Part shown: positions 20,315 through 28,804 of the stretch, piece after piece
Layout: the number at the start of each line of letters is the position of its first letter
Position numbering within the stretch: position 1 is the stretch's first letter
From: an uncultured Clostridia bacterium
GTDB taxonomy: Bacteria > Bacillota > Clostridia > UMGS1883
Assembly: GCA_934476455.1 (NCBI GenBank)
Contig: CAKSNY010000001.1
Span: 23,673 to 87,672, forward strand
Direction: 5' to 3'
Length of the DNA: 64,000 nucleotides
Made by a program: the position numbers and the translations under genes
The notes under the pieces: generated by a model
The model's database searches: none
What the model was told of the DNA's origin: nothing
What the model saw: only the letters and a program-made list of their open reading frames with translations

Positions 20315-22804
20315 GTGAAAAAACATATGCTAAACGGCTTGTGGAAGGCGAGAGGATGTTCGCCGGAGGGAGATATAATTGAGTTTGACGCATCAGTTCC
20401 GGGATGTGTGCATACGGATTTAATAAAAAATAAAAAAATAGAAAATCCTTTGTTGTCGGACAATTCTTTAAAATGCCGTTGGATAGAAAGGTGGACGTGG
20501 ATATACGAAAGAGCTTTTACAATGAACAGCATACCGAAAAAATGCTTTATAGAGTTTGAAATGCTGGATGTATACTGCGATATATACCTAAACGGAAAAA
20601 AACTTGGATTTTGCGACGATATGTTTTACCCGCATATGTTTGATGTTTCCGACATTTTGGTTGAGGGTGAGAACAACATCAGGGTAATATTTTATTCTCC
20701 GGTATTGCTTGCCGAAAACAAGCCGAGGTTAAATGGTGCTTTTACGCGGGAGCGAATGTATACAAGAAGAATACAGTGTACCTACGGCTGGGATTGGGTA
20801 GACAGGTTTGTTACATCGGGAATTTGCGGAAATGTTGCAATAGTAATACCTGCAAGCTGTGAAACAGACGATATTTATGTTCAGACAGTCAGTATTGACA
20901 AATACAGCGCACAGGTGAAATTAGAAATTAAATTTTCTGGAGAATTTGACGGATGCTTTGGCGTTGTTGAAATTTTTTCTCCTGACAAAACCTTAATTTT
21001 TCATCGCAGAGTGCCGATAGCCGAAGAAAACGTGGCATTTACAGTTGATATAGAAAACCCAAAGCTGTGGTATCCTATAGGCTACGGGAAGCCAAATCTT
21101 TACAAAACGGCGGTAGCCGTGGAAACCGAAAACGGGAAAACCGTATCCTTTGCAGAAACGTCTTTCGGAATAAGAAAAATCAAGGTTTTGCAATCAGAGG
21201 ACGAAAAGGGAAGCAGCAACCATAAAAAATGCATGGAGCTGAAAAAAATATCTTATCTTTCGGGAAAATGTGAAAAAAATGATATGAATACACACTACTT
21301 TGGTTTTATTGTAATTGTCAACGATATTCCCGTAATGTGCAAGGGCGCAAATTGGGTTCCGTGCGAACCGTTTGTTTCGGAAGAAACCGAAGAAAAAATA
21401 AGTGCATTGTTAAAGCTTTCACACGATGCCGGGATGAATTTAATACGTGTTTGGGGCGGCGGCATTTTTGAAAGGGAGCATTTTTATAATGAATGTGACA
21501 GACTTGGAATAATGGTATGTCAGGATTTTCTTATGGCATGCGGAAGCTACCCCGAAAACGATGCGAAATTTTGCGAAAATATGAAAAAAGAGGCAGAATA
21601 TATAACTGTCAGACTGCGAAATCATCCAAGCCTTATTTGGTGGTCGGGCGATAACGAAAATGCAGCAGACAGCAGTGACAATATGACAAAATATCCGGGG
21701 CGGTACATTGTAAGAAAAATTATCGAACCGATTGTAAGAAAAAACGACTCGGGACGGTATTTTTTCCCTTCAAGTCCGTTCGGCGGTATTCCTTACGGGT
21801 CGGTAACGGCAGGCACAACGCATAACACAAAATTTCTTATTCCTAAATTTAAATATTTTATGGAAACCGATATGAGGGACTATCAACAAAGATTTTCGGA
21901 GGGATTGTCAAGATTTGGTGTTGAGGAGCCAATACTCGGAGCACCGTCGCTGTGCACGGTCGAAAAATTTATTACGGGAAAAAAGCTTGATAATAACAGC
22001 GAAGAAATATGGCGTTTTCACACAAAGAATAACGGTGACGCATTTAAAACATTTGAAATATATGACTGTATGATTGAAGGAGCACGGAAGCTTTTCGGCA
22101 AATTTACGGGGGTTTCGGATAAGCTTTTAAAAATGCAGTATCTTCAATACGAGTGGGTTAGGATATCAATGGAAAGCTACAGACGGAACAAATGGTTTTC
22201 ATCGGGAATACTTTACTGGATGTTAAACGATTGCTGGCCGGCATTCGGGTGGGCGTTAATTGATTACAACTGCATTCCGAAAGCGGGATGGTATGCCTTT
22301 AAGCGTTCCGCAAAGGGCGTAATCGCATCAATTTCCGAAAAAGACAATTATCTGCAAATACATATATGTAACGACAGTGCAGAGCCGAAAAAGGGGCAGC
22401 TTAAAATTTATCGTGTGAAAGATGATGTGAAAAAAGTTTCTGAGCTTGACTTTACACAGAAAGCAAACACATCGGAAATTGTATATAAGCTTGGTATTAC
22501 CGAGGATGATAAAAATGACGTATGGATTTGTGACGTAAACGGCAAAAGCATAAATGACAGAGCAATGTGGTTTTCCGCACGACCGCAGGACATTAAGTTT
22601 AAAAAGCCTAAAATCAGCATTTTGCGACAAACGGATGACAGCATCACCCTTGCAGCAAAAACATATGTGCATGCTGTCAGGCTTGAGGCGGAGGCTGTGT
22701 TTGACGACAATTATTTTACAATGCTTCCCGGCGAAGAAAGGACAATACATTTTAAAACCCAAGCAGACGAATGTACCGTAAAGGTAGATGCGTTGTATGT
22801 GTGA
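20315..22804 (+). CDS. GH2 family glycoside hydrolase, beta-mannosidase-like (intracellular)
   Basis: The N-terminus (VPGCVHTDLIKNKKIENP ... WIERWTWIYERAFT) matches the beta-mannosidase GH2 pattern. WWSGDNEN is a TIM-barrel motif. Size fits at 829 aa and there is no signal peptide. Confidence 0.7.
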   Translation: MKKHMLNGLWKARGCSPEGDIIEFDASVPGCVHTDLIKNKKIENPLLSDNSLKCRWIERWTWIYERAFTMNSIPKKCFIEFEMLDVYCDIYLNGKKLGFCDDMFYPHMFDVSDILVEGENNIRVIFYSPVLLAENKPRLNGAFTRERMYTRRIQCTYGWDWVDRFVTSGICGNVAIVIPASCETDDIYVQTVSIDKYSAQVKLEIKFSGEFDGCFGVVEIFSPDKTLIFHRRVPIAEENVAFTVDIENPKLWYPIGYGKPNLYKTAVAVETENGKTVSFAETSFGIRKIKVLQSEDEKGSSNHKKCMELKKISYLSGKCEKNDMNTHYFGFIVIVNDIPVMCKGANWVPCEPFVSEETEEKISALLKLSHDAGMNLIRVWGGGIFEREHFYNECDRLGIMVCQDFLMACGSYPENDAKFCENMKKEAEYITVRLRNHPSLIWWSGDNENAADSSDNMTKYPGRYIVRKIIEPIVRKNDSGRYFFPSSPFGGIPYGSVTAGTTHNTKFLIPKFKYFMETDMRDYQQRFSEGLSRFGVEEPILGAPSLCTVEKFITGKKLDNNSEEIWRFHTKNNGDAFKTFEIYDCMIEGARKLFGKFTGVSDKLLKMQYLQYEWVRISMESYRRNKWFSSGILYWMLNDCWPAFGWALIDYNCIPKAGWYAFKRSAKGVIASISEKDNYLQIHICNDSAEPKKGQLKIYRVKDDVKKVSELDFTQKANTSEIVYKLGITEDDKNDVWICDVNGKSINDRAMWFSARPQDIKFKKPKISILRQTDDSITLAAKTYVHAVRLEAEAVFDDNYFTMLPGEERTIHFKTQADECTVKVDALYV

Positions 22805-22837
22805 GATAAAAAACAGGAAAAATGAGGTGCTTAATAT

Positions 22838-24850
22838 ATGTGGTTTAAAAACAGCTTTCGCAGGCATTTATGTGATATGCATATAGATGATTGGAATGAA
22901 GAATTTTTGTCGAAATTTTCGCCTGAGGAATATTTGGAAAATCTAAAAAAAGCAAAAGTTAATAATGCTATGCTTTATTTTCAGTCACATGTCGGGCTTT
23001 GTTATTATCCGACCAAATCGGGGAAAATACATAATGCATTTGTCGGACGTGAGGATATGATGAAGCGGCTTGCACATATGTGCCGAAAAAACAACATAGC
23101 AGTAACAGGGTATTACAGCCTTGTATATAACAATTGGGCGTACAATGCACATCCGGAGTGGAGGATACGTTCAGACGAGGACGAAATAAAGCTTGATTTT
23201 GCATCTGAAAAAGTAAGCCGTTACGGTCGGTGCTGTCCCAACAATCCCGGATATAGGAGGTTTGTGTCAGTGCAGCTGAAAGAAATAGCCGATTATTTTG
23301 AATTTGACGGTATGTTTTTTGATATGCTTTTTTGGCCGAAGCTTTGTGTGTGTGAATACTGCCGCGCACGTTTTAAAAACGAAACGGGCTGCGACCTTCC
23401 CAAAGCCGTGGACGAATGGGACAACCCCATGTGGCTGTTGCATCTTCGGAAACGCCGCGAATGGATGGGAGATTTTGCACAATCGGTATCGGATGAAATG
23501 AAAAGCTATGCACCGGGAATAAGCGTTGAGCATAATGTCGCAAATGCGGTTGTGCCGCAGCCCAAGCTTGCATGTGCGGAGGAAGTAATAAATGCGTGTG
23601 ATTATGCCGGCGGCGATCTTTACGGAGGTTTGCTCAGACAATCATTTGCGTGCAAATTCTACAGAAATATAACTAAAAATCAACCGTTTGAATATATGTT
23701 TTCGCGCTGCGAACCAAATCTTACAAAACATACCGTTACGAAATCACTTGCGGCAACCGAAAGTTCGAATTTTCTTACGTTAGCACACCATGGGGCTACG
23801 CTTGTTATAGATGCAATAGATCCTGTGGGAACACTTGATAAACGTGTATATGAAAGAGTGGGAGCAGCGTTTGAAAAATCAATCCCGTATGAAAAATATA
23901 TTAAGGGAGAAATGATAGAGGATGTTGGTATATACTACACCCTTAAAAGCAAATTTAATGCGCATGGAGAACAATACACCAATTTCACTGGCGCAACAAA
24001 CACTGTTAAACTGATGATAAACAATAATATATGCTGTGGTGTTACCGGCGGGTATCACGATATAAATACGTACAACCTCTTGATTGCGCCTTGCCTTACA
24101 GAGGAGGATAGGTACGATTACGACAGAATTGAAACCTATGTTCAAAACGGAGGAAATTTGTATATAAGCGGCGGTGATTGTTTAGGACTTATAAAAAAGT
24201 TTTTTGGTGCAGAAATTACCAAAAGAACGCGGGAGACTGTGGTTTACATAGCGCCAACTGCCAGGGCTGAAAAGTCATTCGGATGGTTTAACGGTGATTA
24301 TCCGCTGCATTTTGACGCAGCCGCACCGGTTGCAAAAGGAATTGACACGGAATGTGTGCTTGCAGCGCTCACGCTTCCGTATACACCGCAGGATACAGAC
24401 AAATTTGCTTCAATACATTCAAATCCGCCGGGGATAAAGACGGATATTCCCGCAGTTGCATTAAAAAAATACGGAAAGGGAAAAGTGCTTTGGTCTGCCC
24501 TTCCAATTGAAAGCATGGAAAAACCGTACCAATATGGGAAAGTTTTTTTGTCTTTATTACGCGAATTTTTAGACTTGGAGCAAACAATATCTTCAAGCGC
24601 GCCGCAGGATGTTGAAATAGTAGCATTTAAAGACGAAGGCGAAATAACGGTTTCATCCGTACAACTGTGCGAGGGCGAGGCGGCGCACAAGGTAGAAATG
24701 TTTGATATATCTGTAAAGACTGATAAAATGCCGAAAAGGGTTTTGAAACTTCCTAATGAAACGGAATGTAAATTTAAATATGAGAACGGAACGATTACGC
24801 TGAAAACAGATGATTTAAACATATTCGATATGAAGAAAATAATACTATAA
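22838..24850 (+). CDS. Putative glycoside hydrolase (GHL6-like TIM-barrel N-terminal domain + beta-galactosidase-trimerisation/GATase1-like domain)
   Basis: The N-terminal region HLCDMHIDDW ... NAMLYFQSHVG ... MFFDMLFWP resembles hypothetical-glycosyl-hydrolase-6 type proteins. The middle region ETYVQNGGNLYISGGDCLG is a GH42-domain-2-like fold. The assignment rests on recalled family features only. Confidence 0.4.
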   Translation: MWFKNSFRRHLCDMHIDDWNEEFLSKFSPEEYLENLKKAKVNNAMLYFQSHVGLCYYPTKSGKIHNAFVGREDMMKRLAHMCRKNNIAVTGYYSLVYNNWAYNAHPEWRIRSDEDEIKLDFASEKVSRYGRCCPNNPGYRRFVSVQLKEIADYFEFDGMFFDMLFWPKLCVCEYCRARFKNETGCDLPKAVDEWDNPMWLLHLRKRREWMGDFAQSVSDEMKSYAPGISVEHNVANAVVPQPKLACAEEVINACDYAGGDLYGGLLRQSFACKFYRNITKNQPFEYMFSRCEPNLTKHTVTKSLAATESSNFLTLAHHGATLVIDAIDPVGTLDKRVYERVGAAFEKSIPYEKYIKGEMIEDVGIYYTLKSKFNAHGEQYTNFTGATNTVKLMINNNICCGVTGGYHDINTYNLLIAPCLTEEDRYDYDRIETYVQNGGNLYISGGDCLGLIKKFFGAEITKRTRETVVYIAPTARAEKSFGWFNGDYPLHFDAAAPVAKGIDTECVLAALTLPYTPQDTDKFASIHSNPPGIKTDIPAVALKKYGKGKVLWSALPIESMEKPYQYGKVFLSLLREFLDLEQTISSSAPQDVEIVAFKDEGEITVSSVQLCEGEAAHKVEMFDISVKTDKMPKRVLKLPNETECKFKYENGTITLKTDDLNIFDMKKIIL

Positions 24851-24868
24851 AAGGGAGGAAGAATTTTT

Positions 24869-26068
24869 ATGTCAACAGCAAAAAAATTACTTGAAGAGGG
24901 CGGCGGTATATACCGCCTTGCACCCACATGGGTGCCGAGGGCGTTTTGCCGCCCGGCAAAAAGAATAAAACTGCATCCCGACGACTATTACGTTTTGGGA
25001 CAGCAAAGAGGAGGAATCGATGAAAGATGGTTTTCATCAACAACACACGCAGATAACGGACCGCAAACGCCTGAGGACGAGGGTCTTAGCTACATAGTGT
25101 CAAAGGACGGCAGCGAAAAGGTTTTGCTGCGTGATGCGGTTAAGGAGCTTGGCGCAGAGGTCGTAGGTGAAAGCATATGGAACAAATATCATAAATGGCC
25201 TATGTTTTCAAAATTCTTTGATAACCTCGGACCGCTTCCGCATCATATACATCACCGCGAGCAGCACGCAAGGCGTGTGGGCGAGGCAGGAAAGCCCGAG
25301 ATGTATTTTTTTCCGTCACAGGTAAATAACTATGAGGGTGAATTCGGATATACGTTTTTCGGATTGAAGCCCGAAACCACAAAGGAACAGGTTAAAAAAT
25401 GCCTTGAGAACTTTACCAAGGGCGACAACCACCTTCTTGACCTGTCGCAGGCGTATAAAATAACGCTTGATACAGGCTGGGACGTTCCTCCGGGGGTGCT
25501 GCACGCTCCGGCAAGCCTCTGCACCTATGAGCCGCAGTTTGCAAGCGACGTATACGCTATGTATCAATCGGTTTTATACGGCGGACACTGTGTTTCGGAG
25601 GATTTGCTGTGGAAAAACTGCCCCGAGGAGGAAATAGGCAATTTCGACTATCTTGTAGAGGTAATAGACTGGGATAAGAACGTAGACCCGAAATTCAGCG
25701 AAAACAGGTTTATGGCGCCAAAGGTAACAGCACAAAACGATGACTACACAGAGGAATGGATTTGCTATAGGTGCGAAACCGTTTGCGCGAAAAGGCTTAC
25801 GGTAAACCCGGGAAAGACTGCCGTTATAAAGGATAAAGCCGCATACGGAATGATTCTTTTACAGGGTAAAGGAAAAATGGGTGCCTGGGATATAGAAACA
25901 CCTACGCTTATACGCTACGGCGAGCTTACAAATGACGAGTTTTTTGTTACTGAAAAAGCTGCAAACGGCGGGGTTAAGATTATAAACACGTCAAAAACGG
26001 AGCCCATTGTAATGCTTAAGCATTTTGCGGAAAACCCCGAGCTTTCCGAGGTGCTGTGCAATGAATAA
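24869..26068 (+). CDS. Cupin-fold sugar isomerase, phosphomannose-isomerase type I-like
   Basis: KRIKLHPDDYYV matches the conserved IKVHPDD motif of type I PMI (such as B. subtilis ManA). His/Glu-rich metal-binding candidates (HHIHHREQH) are present. The architecture is atypical because the motif sits close to the N-terminus. Confidence 0.45.
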   Translation: MSTAKKLLEEGGGIYRLAPTWVPRAFCRPAKRIKLHPDDYYVLGQQRGGIDERWFSSTTHADNGPQTPEDEGLSYIVSKDGSEKVLLRDAVKELGAEVVGESIWNKYHKWPMFSKFFDNLGPLPHHIHHREQHARRVGEAGKPEMYFFPSQVNNYEGEFGYTFFGLKPETTKEQVKKCLENFTKGDNHLLDLSQAYKITLDTGWDVPPGVLHAPASLCTYEPQFASDVYAMYQSVLYGGHCVSEDLLWKNCPEEEIGNFDYLVEVIDWDKNVDPKFSENRFMAPKVTAQNDDYTEEWICYRCETVCAKRLTVNPGKTAVIKDKAAYGMILLQGKGKMGAWDIETPTLIRYGELTNDEFFVTEKAANGGVKIINTSKTEPIVMLKHFAENPELSEVLCNE

Positions 26069-27026
26069 ATATATAGGGCATCCCTCACAGCTGTGCGGCG
26101 TGCGGGAGATGCGCCTTACGGGCGGAAAGGCGGACGGTATGCGTGTGCTTGAGGTATACAATGCGTCAAAGCTGAGATTTACCGTTTCGCTTGACCGCGG
26201 CGGAGATATACCGTATTTGTTTTTCAGTTCAAAGTCAATGGCATATATCGCCCCGTGCGGTATGGTTTCACCGCAGTTTTACGATAAAGAGGGGACAGGC
26301 TTTTTAAAATCGTTTACGGCGGGATTTCTTACAACCTGCGGGCTTACCGCAGCGGGGAATCCGTGCAGCGATAACGGAGAGCAGCTGCCGCTTCACGGTA
26401 CGGTTTCGCATACGCCGTGTGAAAAGCATTCGTATGATATTGATGATGAAAATATAACCGTAAAGATAAAGGTGCGTGATGCGTCTTTGTTTTCACATAA
26501 GCTTATGCTTGAGAGAACGTATATCTGCGGTGTAAACCGCGACAGACTTGTAATAAAGGATAAAATATCAAATATCGGCAGTGAGGAAACACCGTATATG
26601 ATTTTATATCATTGTAATTTCGGCTATCCGCTGCTTTGCGAAAATGCTGTATTGGAAATAAACTCAAGCAAAATAACGCCGAGAAATGAGCACGCAAAAA
26701 AAGATTTAGGGGCGTGGAACAAGCTTGTAAAACCACAAAAGGGGTTTGTTGAACAGTGCTACTATCACGAATTTACTAAAAAGCCGCATATATCTCTTAC
26801 AAATTCCGAGATAGGCGTAAAAATGACAATGACATATTCAAAAGAAAGCCTGAACTGCTTTACACAGTGGAAAATGCTTGGCGAGTACGAATATGTGACA
26901 GGACTTGAACCGGGAAATTGCCTTCCCGACGGGCGGGATATTATGCGGAAAAAGGGTATGCTGAAATTTTTGCAGCCGGCTATGTCGGCGGAAAATCGAT
27001 TGTGTTTTGAATTTGAGAATATATAG
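26061..27026 (+). CDS. Aldose 1-epimerase (galactose mutarotase)-like family protein
   Basis: About 320 aa with a beta-sandwich-like composition and an LPLHGTVSH motif reminiscent of the mutarotase-family HG motif. Its ATG overlaps the upstream stop (ATGAATAA), so the two genes are translationally coupled. Confidence 0.35.
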   Translation: MNKYIGHPSQLCGVREMRLTGGKADGMRVLEVYNASKLRFTVSLDRGGDIPYLFFSSKSMAYIAPCGMVSPQFYDKEGTGFLKSFTAGFLTTCGLTAAGNPCSDNGEQLPLHGTVSHTPCEKHSYDIDDENITVKIKVRDASLFSHKLMLERTYICGVNRDRLVIKDKISNIGSEETPYMILYHCNFGYPLLCENAVLEINSSKITPRNEHAKKDLGAWNKLVKPQKGFVEQCYYHEFTKKPHISLTNSEIGVKMTMTYSKESLNCFTQWKMLGEYEYVTGLEPGNCLPDGRDIMRKKGMLKFLQPAMSAENRLCFEFENI

Positions 27027-27087
27027 AGCCTATAAAAAGGTTGGGATGAAATTTATTATTTCGTTCCAACCTTTTTATAGGCTCTAT
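27023..27087 (+). terminator. Perfect 22-bp inverted repeat (atagagcctataaaaaggttgg / ccaacctttttataggctctat) starting at the stop codon of the upstream gene; likely terminator or protein-binding palindrome
   Basis: Read directly from the sequence. The arms are 27023..27044 and 27066..27087 with a 21-nt loop. It marks the end of locus 1. Confidence 0.5.
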
Positions 27088-27201
27088 CATATATGTAGGA
27101 ACGTGCAGCCGGCAATGCCGAGAAAATTTTACTAAAGCAATTAAACAGGCATTTTTCTTAAACTTGTCATAAAAATAAAGCGAAAGTCTTAATTCTGTCA
27201 A

Positions 27202-27230
27202 TTGAAATATTGTAATTATGGGATTAAAAT
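27202..27230 (+). promoter_or_regulatory. Candidate sigma-A promoter (TTGAAA - 17 bp - TAAAAT) upstream of locus 2
   Basis: Hexamers with a 17-bp spacing ~60 bp upstream of the 27293 start codon. Confidence 0.3.
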
Positions 27231-27292
27231 TATTTTGTAAGTGCCATATAGATGCGGCACTGAAAAGAAAGCAATTATTGAGGAGGATTATT

Positions 27293-28768
27293 ATGTTAAA
27301 TGGAAAGAAAACAGGTATGCTGCTGTGTATCGTAACCATTCTTTGCATATGCTTGCAAATGGTTGTTTCAGCTGCGTCGGATGCTGTCAGTGAGAGTTTA
27401 ACACTTACCGAAACGACAGTCGGATACAGTTTGGAAGGAACGGTATCATCCGATGAGGTAGGTTCCGTGCAGCTTGTAGCAGCGGTATATGACGGGACAA
27501 CAAATGCACTGCGCACAGTAAAGCCGATAGAGGCAAGCTTTACCAACAACAGCGCGAAAATTTCTGCATCAATTACATGTACCCCAGAGGCAAATGATAA
27601 AATAAAGCTGTTTATTTTAGACACTTTTAAAAATTTAAAACCTCTTGCACAGGTATCGGAAAAAAAGATTCAGACAGAGAACGAGGTTAAGACTGTATGT
27701 AAGGCGAACGGTGTCGTTCTTTCATGGGATAAGATAGACGGTGTACAAAGCTACGAAATTTACAGAGATAATGTAAAAATTGCAACCGTAGAAGATACTA
27801 CATATAACGATATTTATTTCGAAACAATTGAACAGATGCTTGGAGAGACTTTGGGTATGGCAGACGGAATTACAACGGAGAACATTTCCGAAAGCCACAG
27901 CTATTATGTTGTTGCGGGAAAGTATAAGAGTAAGAGTGCAGAAGCTAAAGCAAGCACAGAAAAAATTCGCTATTTCTCTCTCAGCGGTGTGACAGATGCA
28001 ATGACCAAGGCAGTTGAGGATATAACCAAAAATGCAAAGGCAAATAGGATTACGATTGAAGCTCAAAATTATAAGAATACAAGCGGAAGCTGGGTTATGG
28101 ACGGTAGATTAAAAGCGGTTGAAAAATACAGCGCGCTTACAGAGTTAACAACGGATACAAAAGACAGTGCTAACGAAATTAAAACGCAATATGGAATAAC
28201 GAGCAATGCAGGTTGGGATAACGCTACACCTCTTGCACCGGTTATAGAAGAGTATAAAGGCAAACAAGCATTTCGTCTTGTTACACTTAAGAATTATATG
28301 GATAAGACATCAAGTGATAGCTACAATCCGGGTTATGCGGCTGTAGGATTTAAGGTGGATTTGTTTGAAGGCGAGACAGAGAGCGAAACAAGATATACCT
28401 GCCTTGTCAACGCTGATTTGAAGCCGTTGACGACCAGCTATAAGATTACAACGGTATTTCCCGTAGGAACTGTGGTAAATGGGAGTTTTGGAAATCTAAA
28501 AGTTGTTACGGATAATGCCGCAAGCACAGTTAAAACCCAAACAGAGACAGTAGGATTCCATGTAAAAGAGAATGACACCAGAGATTATGCGACCTATATT
28601 TATGATATTACCACAAAACTGGGTGCGAACAGTAAATTTAATGTAAATGCGTATTCGCCCAAAAAAGCTAACTACACATATTTAAAAGACCAGACAAATA
28701 TAACGGGTGATAATGGTTCCGTTCACAGTATCGCGTTAGTTCCGGCAGAGGACTTTTTAAGAAGATAA
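27293..28768 (+). CDS. Secreted hypothetical protein with fibronectin type III-like domain
   Basis: Start moved to the ATG after GAGGAGG, giving a signal peptide (MLLCIVTILCICLQMVVSAAS). The FN3-like segment is GVVLSWDKIDGVQSYEIYRDNVKIATVEDTTYND. No catalytic motifs were recognised. Confidence 0.5.
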   Translation: MLNGKKTGMLLCIVTILCICLQMVVSAASDAVSESLTLTETTVGYSLEGTVSSDEVGSVQLVAAVYDGTTNALRTVKPIEASFTNNSAKISASITCTPEANDKIKLFILDTFKNLKPLAQVSEKKIQTENEVKTVCKANGVVLSWDKIDGVQSYEIYRDNVKIATVEDTTYNDIYFETIEQMLGETLGMADGITTENISESHSYYVVAGKYKSKSAEAKASTEKIRYFSLSGVTDAMTKAVEDITKNAKANRITIEAQNYKNTSGSWVMDGRLKAVEKYSALTELTTDTKDSANEIKTQYGITSNAGWDNATPLAPVIEEYKGKQAFRLVTLKNYMDKTSSDSYNPGYAAVGFKVDLFEGETESETRYTCLVNADLKPLTTSYKITTVFPVGTVVNGSFGNLKVVTDNAASTVKTQTETVGFHVKENDTRDYATYIYDITTKLGANSKFNVNAYSPKKANYTYLKDQTNITGDNGSVHSIALVPAEDFLRR

Positions 28769-28804
28769 AAACATTGACATTACGACCGATGTGTTGAGAG
28801 GGGA

